Positions 30,871 to 42,115 of a stretch of DNA of 64,000 bases are shown piece after piece; within the stretch, counting starts at the first letter, position 1, and the number at the start of each line of letters is the position of its first letter. A program made the position numbers and the translations under genes. Source of the stretch: Alphaproteobacteria bacterium (GTDB lineage: Bacteria; Pseudomonadota; Alphaproteobacteria; SP197); assembly GCA_965200745.1 (NCBI GenBank), contig CBDAUZ010000001.1, positions 1,115,152-1,179,151 on the forward strand, given 5' to 3'. The notes under the pieces are model-generated. The model saw nothing but the letters and a program-made list of their open reading frames with translations, made no database searches and had not been told where the DNA came from.

Positions 30871-32331
30871 ATGCAGGATCTGGACCTTTGCTACATGTCA
30901 GCAAATCAGGTGGTTGCACGCTATGAGGACGGCAGTCTTTCACCTGTTGAGGCAACCCGCGCGCATCTCGCAAGACTTGATGCTGTGGAACCAGCGATCA
31001 ACGCGTTCATGCATGTCGATCATGAAACTGCCCTTGACGAGGCGCGTGCATCGGAAAATCGCTGGCGCACGAGAACAACGCTTTCGGCCCTTGACGGGGT
31101 GACAGTGACCATCAAGGACCTGATTCCGATGCGTGACCGACCGTTGCGGCACGGCTCGGCGACCACTTCCGCTGAGCCCAGCGGAGAGGATGCGCCGTCG
31201 GTTTTGCGCCTCCGTGAGGCTGGTTGCGTCTTTCTTGGCAAGACCACGACGCCCGAGTTCGGCTGGAAGGGACTCACGGACGGGCCGCTTTTCGGGACAA
31301 CCCGAAACCCCTGGAATCTTGCCCATTCGCCTGGTGGCAGTTCCGGCGGAGCGGCTGCTGCCCTGGCTGCCGGCATTGGACATCTGGCGCTGGGTAACGA
31401 CGGTGGCGGATCCATACGTATTCCCTCTGCATGGTCCGGGCTATACGGACTGAAACCGACATTCGGACGGGTTCCCGATCATCCGCGTGAAGGTATCTTC
31501 TGCATGTCTTCAGCCGAAGGTCCAATGACGCGCTCGGTCACCGACGCGGCGTTGATGCTCAATGAACTTTCGCGATACGACGCCAGCGACTGGTATGCGC
31601 TGCCGGTTGACGGGCGAAACTGGTCCGATTGTCTGCAAGACGGAATCGACGGTTTGCGCGTTGCCTTTGTACCTGATCTTGCCGGTGCGCATGTTGACGG
31701 AAACGTACGTCGTCTGGTTGATGCTGCCCTGGGGCGTCTGCAAGATGTCGGCGCGCTTGTCGAGGAAGTGCAGTCTCCGGTCGAACCGCTCGAACCCGTC
31801 ATGAGTCCTTTCTGGCTTGCCGGATTTGCCGCTTTTCTGCGATCGATTCCTCTATCATACCGGGCCTGTCTCGATCCGAGATTTCGAATTCTGGCGGAAC
31901 GCGGAAACGCAGTCACAGTCGCGCAACTGCAGGAATCGGTCGTCTGCCGGGACAGGCTGGGATCGCGTCTGAACAAATTTCACGAACATTGGGACCTGCT
32001 TGTAACGCCCGCGATGACTAGAACGGCACCGCTGGCAGACACGCCATACCACAGTCATGAACTGCACCGGTGGCGCGACGTCACACCATTCTCTCTTCCG
32101 TTCAACCTTACCGGTCAGCCCGCGGCGTCGGTTTTCTGCGGTATTGCCGATGACGGCCTGCCGGTCGGACTCCAGATTGTAGCAGCAAAATTCAGGGAAG
32201 ATCTTGTGCTCGCTGCGAGCCGTGTCTGCGAGAAGCAATACCCGCAGCGTTGGCCGCAGGAAGCGGTCGAGACAGCACTTGCCAGGACACCGTCAAGGTT
32301 GCGTGATCGAACCGGGGAGGAGGTTCTCTAG
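30871..32331 (+). CDS. Amidase (amidase signature family)
   Basis: TIKD, GKTTTPEFG, PGGSSGG, DGGGSIRIP. Confidence 0.93.
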   Translation: MQDLDLCYMSANQVVARYEDGSLSPVEATRAHLARLDAVEPAINAFMHVDHETALDEARASENRWRTRTTLSALDGVTVTIKDLIPMRDRPLRHGSATTSAEPSGEDAPSVLRLREAGCVFLGKTTTPEFGWKGLTDGPLFGTTRNPWNLAHSPGGSSGGAAAALAAGIGHLALGNDGGGSIRIPSAWSGLYGLKPTFGRVPDHPREGIFCMSSAEGPMTRSVTDAALMLNELSRYDASDWYALPVDGRNWSDCLQDGIDGLRVAFVPDLAGAHVDGNVRRLVDAALGRLQDVGALVEEVQSPVEPLEPVMSPFWLAGFAAFLRSIPLSYRACLDPRFRILAERGNAVTVAQLQESVVCRDRLGSRLNKFHEHWDLLVTPAMTRTAPLADTPYHSHELHRWRDVTPFSLPFNLTGQPAASVFCGIADDGLPVGLQIVAAKFREDLVLAASRVCEKQYPQRWPQEAVETALARTPSRLRDRTGEEVL

Positions 32332-32444
32332 ACAACTGTCGTCACGAGGAACGGTAGTGAAATCTCCGGAAATCTGGACTGTATGCGATAAAAAAATACA
32401 AAATTGAGAAAGGATTTACGGTCACAACGTCTGGTTCAGGGGGC

Positions 32445-32499
32445 ACACCTTCGAACGCACCAGGACTGATTCATGCTCATTGTTCTTGAAGCGACAGGG
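32445..32499. repeat. Dispersed repeat copy 2 (paired with 14593-14653)
   Basis: ACACCTTCG..ACCAGG.CTGAT..GCTCATTGTTCTTGAAGCGACAGGG. Confidence 0.75.
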
Positions 32500-32584
32500 A
32501 TGAAGCAGACTTGCCATTTCTGCTGCTCAGCTTAGCCGAGCGACGGAGAAAAGATTAAACTTACGGCTACCTGGGCCACGTTCC

Positions 32585-32890
32585 CAAGAGCAGGCAGATA
32601 TTGAGACTTATGTGCAAGATCGACGGGTAAGCTTGAATATTGCCACTGCGTCTACTCGGCGCCAAATCTTATTGTCACACAAATGCCGCACCAGTCTGAT
32701 CTCCGATGTCGTCACCGGCAAGCTTGATGTCCGCGAGGCCGCTGCGACGCTACCCGAACTCGGCACTTCAGGAGCCGACAATGCCTTATCTGACAACATG
32801 GCGGGTGTTGACCGCGAGCTAGAACAGATGGTGCAAGGCAATGAATTTGTCGCCAGAGGTGAGCAATGGTCACCTTGGTCGAGGCTCTGA
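32585..32890 (+). pseudogene. hsdS: C-terminal remnant of a Type I RM specificity subunit
   Basis: QEQADI...RTSLISDVVTGKLDVREAA is the conserved HsdS C-terminal helix; target recognition domains missing. Confidence 0.75.
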
Positions 32891-34113
32891 ACTATCGGTG
32901 CCTACGGTATATATGGCAGCCGCTTGGTCCATTTCACGTTCTGGTCGGCCCGAACGCGTCAGGGAAGACGACTTTCCTCGATGTGATCGGTTTTCTTCGG
33001 GACATCGTCGCAGACGGGTTCGATGACGCGGTGGAAGGGCGCGCACGCAACCCGATGGATCTCTTGTTTCGGCATCAGGGAGACGGATTGCAACTCGCAG
33101 TAGAAGCCAAGGTGCCAGACGAACTGAAGCCCACAACATTCGACACGGTGCGGTACCAGGTATCGCTCACCCGGGACGAGACGGCGCGACGGTTTGAATT
33201 CGAGGCCGAGACATTGTTGCTCAAGGAAAGCGGGGGCCATGAGGGTATCCCGCAGCGCTCCCTGTTTCCGCGGCAACTCGAGCCGCCTGGATCCATTCTG
33301 GTCAGTGACAAAAAAAGCAATAACAAGGTGCTGCTCAATAAGGTCTACAGGGGGAACGACAATTTCTACAACGACGGCCCGCAAGCACGAAAGGGCTGGG
33401 CCCCATCCTTCCGCCTGGGTCCGCGAAAGTCCGCACTCGGCAACCTCCCGGCCGACGAAAAGAGTTTTCCCACCGCAACCTGGTTCCGCGAGTATCTCGC
33501 CACCGGGGTCCAACGCTTCGTTCTCAACAGCCGGGCGATAAAAAACCCCAGCCCGCCAGCGCGCGTGGCGGGTTTTCTGACCGACGGCTCGAATCTGCCG
33601 TGGGTCGTCGCCCGGTTGCGGAGAAACGACAAGGCAGCGCACAAGTCGTGGATTCGACATTTGCGCACGGCGCTGCCCGATCTGGTTGACATCGCGACGG
33701 TCGAGCGTCCAGAGGACCGGCATTGCTACATGACCTACACGTATGCTGGCGGATTGACCGTGCCGTCATGGATGGTCTCCGACGGAATCTTGCGGTTGAC
33801 TGCTCTTACTTTGCCTGCCTATCTGAAGGGTCTCGGAGGCATATTTTTGATCGAGGAGCCGGAGAACGGCATCCACCCTGGCGCGGTTTCGACGGTGTAT
33901 GACTCGCTGTCGTCGGTTTACGATGCCCAAATGTTGCTGGCGACGCATTCGCCCGTATTTCTGAATGAGGCTGGCGTAGATCAAGTGCTGTGTTTTACCC
34001 GGGACGACAGCGGCGCTACAGATGTCGTCCTAGGATCCGAGCATCCCAATCTCCGCGAATGGAAGAATACAGGCGATCTCGGCACATTGCTGGCGTCGGG
34101 CGTGCTCGGATGA
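32866..34113 (+). CDS. ABC/AAA_21-type ATPase, MAD3-like
   Basis: Walker A GPNASGKT, DGSNLP, VSDG, Walker B IEEPENG, ATHSP; ends with LLASGVLG. Confidence 0.85.
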   Translation: MVTLVEALNYRCLRYIWQPLGPFHVLVGPNASGKTTFLDVIGFLRDIVADGFDDAVEGRARNPMDLLFRHQGDGLQLAVEAKVPDELKPTTFDTVRYQVSLTRDETARRFEFEAETLLLKESGGHEGIPQRSLFPRQLEPPGSILVSDKKSNNKVLLNKVYRGNDNFYNDGPQARKGWAPSFRLGPRKSALGNLPADEKSFPTATWFREYLATGVQRFVLNSRAIKNPSPPARVAGFLTDGSNLPWVVARLRRNDKAAHKSWIRHLRTALPDLVDIATVERPEDRHCYMTYTYAGGLTVPSWMVSDGILRLTALTLPAYLKGLGGIFLIEEPENGIHPGAVSTVYDSLSSVYDAQMLLATHSPVFLNEAGVDQVLCFTRDDSGATDVVLGSEHPNLREWKNTGDLGTLLASGVLG

Positions 34114-34740
34114 ACGGCGGCGCTTTGGTCGTTTTGGTGGCTGACACGGGCATGCACCAGGCACTACAGGGGCTGCTTCAGCGACCAGAATGACTTCGAA
34201 TCCGACAGGTGAAATTTGACGTAATTTCCCATCCAGGAGCACGACCCAGCATGTGCCACGCGAGGGGTATCGTTTCTCTCAGGCCTTTCCCTCCCCAGCA
34301 AGTATCAGCACGGCTTGCTTCTGTTCGACCATGAAGGGAGCGGTCGGGAACGAGAAGACCGGAAAATGTTGCAGGAAAACCTCAATCAGCAGTTTAGTCG
34401 CTCGCCGTGGGGTGATCGAGCGTACGCCATTGTCCTGGCCCCCGAACTCGAAACGTGGGTATGGAGCAATTCTCCCCATGTCGACGACGTGCTCGGATGG
34501 AAGGGCCGTCAACCGTCGCTGCGTACGTGGCTCAAGGAGAATGGGTGGATAGGCGTGGAAGACGAGAAGCGCGAGCGTCCGAAAGAGGCATTCCATGCGG
34601 CGCTTCGAGAGTCGCAAATCACTCGCAGCGCGTCGCTCTACATGGAAATTGCGCAACGCGTATCCCTTGGCGGGTGTCGGGATGACGCCTTTCTCGAACT
34701 ACAGGAGACGTTGCAGAACTGGTTTCCGTGGGGCACGTAG
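34110..34740 (+). pseudogene. MAD4-like partner protein, disrupted
   Basis: ATGA-coupled start; LVVLVAD..., TGA at 34191-34193, frameshift near 34235, then HDPAC, FDHEG, PELETWVW, RPKEA. Confidence 0.72.
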
Positions 34741-34783
34741 GCATGTGCGCAGGGTTCGCGATCCGGCATCCGACCCTGTCACT

Positions 34784-35917
34784 GAGAGTCTTGCGTTGTT
34801 TGTAAGGCGTTGAAAGACAACACGAAAGTGAGGGGATCAAATCTTTTTCCCCCAATGCGTGTCGTGTAACCCGTTCAAATTGAACGTTTTATGAATCTGC
34901 GTAGTCCGGATCGGCGTGGATTTCACCCCGGGGCGTGGTGGATGCGCCAAACTGTTGATATCAAACAATATGATGTATTGGCAAAGGTCGCACCGGGCGA
35001 TATCGTGTGTTTTGCACCAACAGGGCAAGGAGCCCGACAGCGCCCATGACGACACAGCACCCTTCACTCTTTATCCTGGGATGAAGTCGACCTGCTTGAC
35101 GACTTGCAGCGTCTCAAGCGGGTTCTCGAGTTTCTGCCGGACGATGGGATCATTGAGGGGCTGGAGACGCGGCGCGGTCACGCGATCCGGATCGCGCGGA
35201 CACGCTTGTCTACACGGAGAAAGGTGAGCTGTTCTGCATCTGTCCGGAAACCGGGGAGCAACGCCCTCTCGCCTTTCATGGCTTCGAGGCGGATCGGACG
35301 CTTGAAGTACCGGTGTCCGGCGGCTGCGTATGACATTGATTGTGCCGGTCGGGCGGCGTGTGAGGCGATGGCCGGGTGTCGCACGAAAGACTATGGTCGG
35401 GTGGTGCGGGTCCCGTTGCGCACAGACCACGCCAACGCCCTGGGGCAGCCCGACCTGGAAGCGCAAGTACAAGGCGCGTACAGCCCTTGAGCGGATCAAC
35501 AGCCGCATCGACCAGGGATACGGCTTTGAAAGCCATTACATCCGCGGCCGGGCCAAAATGACCCTGCGCGTGAACCTGTCGATGTGCGTCATGATGGCAT
35601 TGGCACTGGCCAGCGTCGATCAGCCCGCGCACATGCGCAGCCTGGTCAAAAGACCGGCTTTCCGCGACACCGGCTGACCATTTTGCGCAGCGCAGCGCTC
35701 CGGGGTCTGCCAAACCGGGTTCGGCAGACCGGTTGCTGTCGCCTTGTGGCCAATCGGGGAGCGAAAGAGTCCGGGGAAAACGCCCGCGCGCACGAAATGA
35801 CCCCGATTCCGACGACATTCTTGATGATCAGACACGCCGATGCCGCACCAACATGGCGTGTGCCACACTTGTCCCGCGTCCGCAGCTTCAGCAAAATCGG
35901 GACAGCGCAAGTGCCTC
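34784..35917 (+). mobile_element. DDE IS remnant (IS5/IS1182-like) with internally deleted transposase
   Basis: LQRLKRVLEFLPDD..RRG joined near 35180 to VYTEKGELFC..LKYRCP, then WKRKYKARTALERINSR; imperfect IRs 34784-34799 and 35902-35917 (12/16). Confidence 0.78.
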
Positions 35918-36019
35918 TGCACTGTGACGTGTTCAGTCCATTGGAAAATCATGATAGTTTGAGTGGTTCGTCGGCGGACCCGTATTCTTTCTCACGCCGT
36001 TCACAAGAGTGAACCCCTG

Positions 36020-37147
36020 ATGCGATCCTCTCATTTTCTTGCAGTCCTGATTGCCGTCGTCGTCGGCGCGTGGATCGTTTCAGGTTATCTCGGATATGAA
36101 TTGCCATTCGCGGACGAACCGGCCCCTGCAGCAGACGACTCAATTGTTATTCCTGAACCGGTGGCGGCAGAACCAGCCATACGTCTGACTGATGTACGCG
36201 TGGCCTCCAGTGTCTCGGTTCCACATGACGTCATCCTGACTATCACGGGAAGCACACGGGCAAACCGTTCGCTCAACATTCGTGCCCGTACCAGTGGCAC
36301 GATCGAAGAGGTTTTTGTTCGTGACGGTGAACGCGTCACACAGGGAATGGAAATCGCACGCATTGCCATGGAATCCCGGACGGCGCAGCTCTCGAGAGCG
36401 CAGGCAATGGTCGAGCGCTATCAGACTGAATTCGATGCCTCCGAAGAACTGGTTGAGGGCGGCTGGCGTGCAAAGACTTCCACGGTCGCTGCACGCGCGA
36501 ACTATCAGAGCGCGCTGGCGGATCTTGCCGAGATCAAACTGGACATTGAACGAACAAGGATTCTGATGCCGTTCGACGGATTGATTGAAGAATTTCACGT
36601 CGAAGTCGGCGAATTCGTCTACAGCGGCGATGCGTCGATTGCACAGATCTTCGACCTCGACCCGATTGTCGTATCGGGTGCAATCAGCGAACGCAAGGTC
36701 AAGGAGCTGACGCTCGGTTCGTCTGCAGAGGTACGATTGATCACTGGCGAAACCGTTTCTGGCGTGTTGTCCAAGATCTCACGTGTGGCTGATACGGCCA
36801 CCCGCACATTCGAGATCGAGATCGAGGTTGCAAACCCGGACTATCAGATACCGTCGGGTATCACGGCGGGAATCGATCTTCTGTTGGCAACGGTCAACAG
36901 TCATTTGATTTCGCCAGCGGCATTGTCACTCGACAGTGAAGGTCTGCTCGGAGTCAAGATCGTCGATGCGGAAAACAGGGTGAAGTTCGTACCCGTGGAG
37001 ATTGTTGCATCCGACACCAACGGGGTCCGGGTATCGGGGTTGCCGGATGAAGTCACCCTGATCACCGTCGGACATGGTTTTGTCAACATCGGGGAGATCG
37101 TGAATCCGATCCATGAAGACGGAATTGCGTCTTCGGAGTCGTCGTGA
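36020..37147 (+). CDS. RND efflux membrane fusion protein
   Basis: N-terminal TM, lipoyl-like RTSGTIEEV, RILMPFDG, ATRTFEIE. Confidence 0.92.
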   Translation: MRSSHFLAVLIAVVVGAWIVSGYLGYELPFADEPAPAADDSIVIPEPVAAEPAIRLTDVRVASSVSVPHDVILTITGSTRANRSLNIRARTSGTIEEVFVRDGERVTQGMEIARIAMESRTAQLSRAQAMVERYQTEFDASEELVEGGWRAKTSTVAARANYQSALADLAEIKLDIERTRILMPFDGLIEEFHVEVGEFVYSGDASIAQIFDLDPIVVSGAISERKVKELTLGSSAEVRLITGETVSGVLSKISRVADTATRTFEIEIEVANPDYQIPSGITAGIDLLLATVNSHLISPAALSLDSEGLLGVKIVDAENRVKFVPVEIVASDTNGVRVSGLPDEVTLITVGHGFVNIGEIVNPIHEDGIASSESS

Positions 37148-40100
37148 ACACGATCATCACGGCGGCGCTCGATCGACCGCGAACCGTTCTGCTTTTGCTC
37201 GCATTGCTGCTGACCAGCGGTGTTTTCGCCTATCAGACGATTCCCCGCGAATCGACCCCGGATATCGACATCCCGGTTATCTATGTTTCGATCTCGCACG
37301 ACGGAATCTCGCCAGATGACTCGACACGACTGCTCATACTTCCCATGGAGAAGGAGCTCAGTACCGTCGAGAACGTTCGCGAGATGACCTCGATTGCCTA
37401 TGGTGGTGGTGGCAACGTAACGCTTGAGTTTCAGGCTGGATTCGACGCAGACCAGGCCCTGCGCGACGTCCAGGAGGCGGTTGACAAGGCGAAATCAGAA
37501 CTGCCGGACGAAAGCGATGATCCCGTCGTTCACGAGGTCAACCTGTCGTTGTTTCCGGTGGTCGTGATCACGCTGGCCGGTGACGTACCGGAGCGGACAC
37601 TTCTGCAGATTGCCAACGACCTCCAGGACAAGATCGAAGGCATGCCCGAAATACTCGAGGCAAGGATTGCCGGTGACCGCGAGGAAGTCATCGAGATTGT
37701 CGCAGACCCGGTAATTGTCGAAAGTTATCAGCTCGACATGGCTAACATCATTGGATCGATCAATCGATCAAACAGGCAGGTCGCCTCGGGTAGCCTGGAT
37801 ACGGGTGCGGGACGATACGGTATCAAGGTTGACGGTTTGATCGAGAATGCCGCGGAACTCTACGAAATTCCGGTGAAGTTCGATGGCGATGCGGTGACTT
37901 CGATCGGCGATATTGGGACGGTGCGGCGCAAGTTCAAGGATCCGACCTCGTTTGCCAGATCATTTGGCGAGTCCGCCTTGACGATCGAGGTGGTCAGGCG
38001 GGTCGGCACAAACGCAATCGAGACGGTCGACAATGTGCGTGCGCTTGTGAAGGAGACGAGCAGGACGTGGCCTGAAACAGTCCAGTACAACTTCACGCAG
38101 GACGATTCGATCAACATCAAGCGGATGCTCTTCGAGCTTCAGAACAACATTGTTTCCGCAATACTGCTGATCATGATTGTTGCGGTCTGGGCGCTTGGCT
38201 GGCGTTCGTCCGCACTCATTGCCGTTGCCATACCCAGTTCCTTTCTCACCGCTCTTGTCGTGTTGCAGATGCAGGGACTCACACTCAACATGGTGGTGCT
38301 CTTCAGCCTCATACTGGCTGTCGGGATGCTTGTTGACGGCGCCATCGTTGTCACCGAGTACGCGGATCGCAAGATGATGGAAGGGGCGTCGCGCTATGAA
38401 GCCTATCGGGCCGCGGCAACTCGTATGGCCTGGCCGATCACGTCGTCCACCCTGACAACGCTGGCAGCATTCATTCCACTGATGTTCTGGTCCGGAATAG
38501 TCGGTGAATTCATCAAGTTTGTTCCCATCACGTTGATTGCAACGCTTTCGGCATCCCTGCTGATGGCGCTCATTTTTGTGCCGACGCTGGGTTCGCTCTT
38601 CGGCAAGCCGGCAGTGCGACGCAATCTGACAACATACGAAACCGACGGAGTCCTGAAACTCGAGGATTTTACAGGTGCGTCGCTTGTCTACATCAAAGTG
38701 CTCAAGCGCGTGCTGCGCCATCCGGTCAAGATCCTGTTTCTTGCCCTGGCGGTCCTTGTTGGTGTCCAGATTGCCTATGCGAACTATGGCAAGGGTGTCG
38801 AATACTTTCCCCAGATTGAACCCGATGAGGCGATATTCATCATTCATGCCCGCGGCAATCTTTCGATCTGGGAGAAGGACAGCCTAGTTCGCGAGGTCGA
38901 GCGGCGCATTCTCGAACTTGACGAATTTGAATCCGTGTACACAACCGTTGGAAATGTGCATGGCAGGTCGTCTGCGTCGGACGAGATCGGTTCAATCAAT
39001 GTCGCATTTCGTGAATGGGACAAACGGCGTCCGGCCTACCAGATATTCACTGACGTACAGGAGCGTGTTGCCGATCTCGCGGGCGTCTATGTGGAGAGTC
39101 AGCGCCCGGCGCGGGGACCTGCAGGTTCCAAGCCGATCGATGTCCAGCTTGCATCAAGCAACGTGGATGTGCTGCACAAAGAAGCCGACCGGATCCATGA
39201 ACACATGCTGCAGACCGACGGCTTCAAGGATGTCGAGGACAGTCGCCCGTTTCCCGGATACGAGTGGCGTATCTCGATCAATCGGTCACAGGCTGCGAAG
39301 TTCGGAGCCGACGTTGTGTCTATTGGTCAGATCATCAAGCTGATCACGAATGGTGTCGTGTTCACCAGCATGCGACTGGCCGACTCGAAGGATTCAATCG
39401 ATGTTGTCGCGCGGTTCCCTTCGGAGTGGCGAACGCTCGACCAGCTCGACGAATTGCGCATCCAGACTCCCCTCGGCACGGTACCGCTTTCCAATTTCGT
39501 AACCAGATCGCCGGTGCTTGAGGTTGGTCAGGTCGAGCGAGCCAACGGTGCACGAGTTGTCAACTTTCGTTCCGACATCGAGGAGGGTTATCTGGCAGAC
39601 ACGCTGGTTGGGGAACTCGAAGAGTGGATCAAGAACGCAGGGTTCGATCCGCGTGTCGAGATCACCTTCCGCGGTGACAACGAGGATCAGGCCGAAGCGT
39701 TTGATTTTCTCGTCAAGGCCTTTGGCGTGTCGCTGTTCGTTATGGCGATCATCTTTGTGACGCAGTTCAACAGTTTCTATCTCGCGTTATTGATACTCTC
39801 GGCGGTTGTCATGTCGACAACCGGCGTCATGATCGGACTTCTGGCGACAGGTGAACCCTATGTTATCGTGATGTCGAGTATCGGTGTGATCGCGCTGGCC
39901 GGTATTGTCGTGAACAACAACATCGTTCTGATTGATACATTTATCCGGTTGCGCAGGGTTTCCAGATCGCCGATCGATGCCATCGTCCTGACTGGCGCCC
40001 AGCGTCTGCGACCTGTTTGTCTGACCATGATCACGACAATTCTCGGGCTGATGCCGATGGTTATGCAGGCAAACATCGATTTCTTTGCGCGAGAGGTGAA

Positions 40101-40302
40101 AATTGGCGCACCATCCACACAGTGGTGGGTTGCGTTATCAAGTGCGATTGTGTTCGGGTTGGCATTTGCAACCGTGCTGACCCTGGTCGTTACACCCTGT
40201 GCGCTCATGGCCAGCGAAAACTACAAGGCATGGCGAAGTGCGCGGCGACAGAGACGCAAAGAGCGAATTGCGGCAAGAGAGGCTGCTGTTTCGACAGGAT
40301 GA
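37144..40302 (+). CDS. RND efflux permease (AcrB/AcrD/AcrF family)
   Basis: 1052 aa, GMLVDGAIV, GIVVNNNIVLID, RLRP; GTGA overlap with MFP gene. Confidence 0.95.
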   Translation: MNTIITAALDRPRTVLLLLALLLTSGVFAYQTIPRESTPDIDIPVIYVSISHDGISPDDSTRLLILPMEKELSTVENVREMTSIAYGGGGNVTLEFQAGFDADQALRDVQEAVDKAKSELPDESDDPVVHEVNLSLFPVVVITLAGDVPERTLLQIANDLQDKIEGMPEILEARIAGDREEVIEIVADPVIVESYQLDMANIIGSINRSNRQVASGSLDTGAGRYGIKVDGLIENAAELYEIPVKFDGDAVTSIGDIGTVRRKFKDPTSFARSFGESALTIEVVRRVGTNAIETVDNVRALVKETSRTWPETVQYNFTQDDSINIKRMLFELQNNIVSAILLIMIVAVWALGWRSSALIAVAIPSSFLTALVVLQMQGLTLNMVVLFSLILAVGMLVDGAIVVTEYADRKMMEGASRYEAYRAAATRMAWPITSSTLTTLAAFIPLMFWSGIVGEFIKFVPITLIATLSASLLMALIFVPTLGSLFGKPAVRRNLTTYETDGVLKLEDFTGASLVYIKVLKRVLRHPVKILFLALAVLVGVQIAYANYGKGVEYFPQIEPDEAIFIIHARGNLSIWEKDSLVREVERRILELDEFESVYTTVGNVHGRSSASDEIGSINVAFREWDKRRPAYQIFTDVQERVADLAGVYVESQRPARGPAGSKPIDVQLASSNVDVLHKEADRIHEHMLQTDGFKDVEDSRPFPGYEWRISINRSQAAKFGADVVSIGQIIKLITNGVVFTSMRLADSKDSIDVVARFPSEWRTLDQLDELRIQTPLGTVPLSNFVTRSPVLEVGQVERANGARVVNFRSDIEEGYLADTLVGELEEWIKNAGFDPRVEITFRGDNEDQAEAFDFLVKAFGVSLFVMAIIFVTQFNSFYLALLILSAVVMSTTGVMIGLLATGEPYVIVMSSIGVIALAGIVVNNNIVLIDTFIRLRRVSRSPIDAIVLTGAQRLRPVCLTMITTILGLMPMVMQANIDFFAREVKIGAPSTQWWVALSSAIVFGLAFATVLTLVVTPCALMASENYKAWRSARRQRRKERIAAREAAVSTG

Positions 40303-40393
40303 GCTGAACCCCTTGCGTCGCGTAACTGTGCCACGCAATTCATTGACCTGTGTTTCCAGGTATCCGTGAACAGTCTCCCAGGGAAATCGCCCC

Positions 40394-41641
40394 ATGAATG
40401 ACCAGACCATCGATCGTATTCGACTGGCGCGCAATACGCCGGGTATTGCGCAGCATGACGCCGAACCGCAAATCGATATCAAGAGCATGCGCGCGTATCG
40501 TCTCGGACGCGTACAACAGATGTTACGGGAACGAGACCTTTCAGGTGTACTCCTCTACGACCCGATCAATGTTCGCTATGCCAACGGCTCAAGCAACATG
40601 CAGGTCTGGATTCTTCATAATCAGCACCGATACTGCTGGGTGCCGGCAGAAGGAAAAACTGTACTTTTTGATTACCCTCCTGCGGTTCATCTTTCTGAAC
40701 ATCTGGAAACCATCGGTGAGATCCGTCCAGCCCGAACGTGGACCTACTTTGGCGCCGGCGACAATTACAACGCGCGTGTGAAACTCTGGGCAGACGAACT
40801 TGTCGATGTCATCCGGGAAGGCGGACGCGACAACCGGATTGCTGCCGATCATCTTGATCCACTCGGTGTCAAGGAACTCGAAAGGCACGGATTCGAGATC
40901 TTCAACGGACAGGAGGTCATGGAACGTGCACGTTCGATCAAGAGTGCTGACGAGATCAGCGCGATGCTCATCGCGATCTCCGTCTGCGAGGCGGGTATGG
41001 CAAAGATGCATGAGGAACTGCGCGCCGGTATTACGGAGAACCAGTTATGGTCTCACCTGCACCAGGTGAATATTGCCATGGGTGGCGAATGGATCGAGAC
41101 CCGTCTTCTTGCCTCCGGCGGACGAACCAATCCATGGTTTCGCGAAAGCAGTGACCGCATCATCCGTGCCGGTGAACTTGTTGCGTTCGACACGGATCTG
41201 ATCGGACCTTTCGGCTATTGCTCCGATATTTCACGCACCTGGTTCTGCGGTCCCGGAAAACCCACGGATGAACAGAAACGCTTGTACAGTTACGCCTACG
41301 ACCAGATACAGACCAATATCCAGGAGTTTCGCGCCGGGCGTACCTTCAGGGAGGTTTCCGAGACATCCTGGCGTGTTCCGAACGAGTTTGTGGCGCGTCG
41401 ATACGGGTCCATGGCCCACGGTGTGGGTTTGTGCGACGAATGGCCGCATTTCAAGTTTTCCGACAATGCCGCAGACACAGTCCCTGGTGTCCTCGAGGCC
41501 GGCATGACCGTCTGTGTCGAGAGTTACATTGGCGCCGAAGACGGAAACGAGGGTATCAAGCTCGAGGATCAGATTCTTGTAACAGACGAAGGCCCGCAAC
41601 TGTTGTCGACCTATCCGTTTGAAGACCAACTGCTGGCATGA
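40394..41641 (+). CDS. M24 metallopeptidase-fold enzyme, DddP (DMSP lyase)-like, paralog 1
   Basis: DPINVRY, SNMQVW, GGEWIETRLL, RTNPWF, FDTDL, DISR, HGVGLCDEWP, KLED. Confidence 0.85.
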   Translation: MNDQTIDRIRLARNTPGIAQHDAEPQIDIKSMRAYRLGRVQQMLRERDLSGVLLYDPINVRYANGSSNMQVWILHNQHRYCWVPAEGKTVLFDYPPAVHLSEHLETIGEIRPARTWTYFGAGDNYNARVKLWADELVDVIREGGRDNRIAADHLDPLGVKELERHGFEIFNGQEVMERARSIKSADEISAMLIAISVCEAGMAKMHEELRAGITENQLWSHLHQVNIAMGGEWIETRLLASGGRTNPWFRESSDRIIRAGELVAFDTDLIGPFGYCSDISRTWFCGPGKPTDEQKRLYSYAYDQIQTNIQEFRAGRTFREVSETSWRVPNEFVARRYGSMAHGVGLCDEWPHFKFSDNAADTVPGVLEAGMTVCVESYIGAEDGNEGIKLEDQILVTDEGPQLLSTYPFEDQLLA

Positions 41642-42115
41642 CGTTATCTGATCGCGACAGGATCCGTTGGCAACCTGAATTCATCTCATGCACGTTCCTC
41701 CTTGAGCCGCGATGTGCGGTCACAGGAGCGAATCAACGCCGGACATGTCGTCTCACATCCACGGGGTAATTCTTGTTTCGCGGAGAAATCCGGAAACCAA
41801 TGGAATCTGATGCACTGGATGGTACACACCAGCATCGTCGGGTGCGGTGAGTAGCTGCTGTTGTCAGCAAAACATGTTCTCGCCTATGCGGACACACATG
41901 AGCCAAGCACCGGATAACCATGCAAGCGGAATTCAAGACGGACATCCGGCGAACGGAGATTGATGCAGCCAAACACGACCCCCCTATGATCCTGACCTGA
42001 GGCGGCTTGGTCATCCGGACACCGCTGAATCGCACGCGCCGGGGCGTGCGGCACAAAACCATCACCAGACACTTCGGCCGCGACGTCAATGACATGTGCG
42101 GGCAGGCGCTCCGTG

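Noticed and set aside
34778-35923. Target-site duplication for the 34784-35917 IS (GTCACT versus TGCACT)
   Set aside because: Only 4/6 match; not convincing.
41642-42115. Short ORFs between dddP-like paralog 1 and the DUF4392 gene
   Set aside because: No recognisable motif or RBS; the longest overlaps DUF4392 out of frame.
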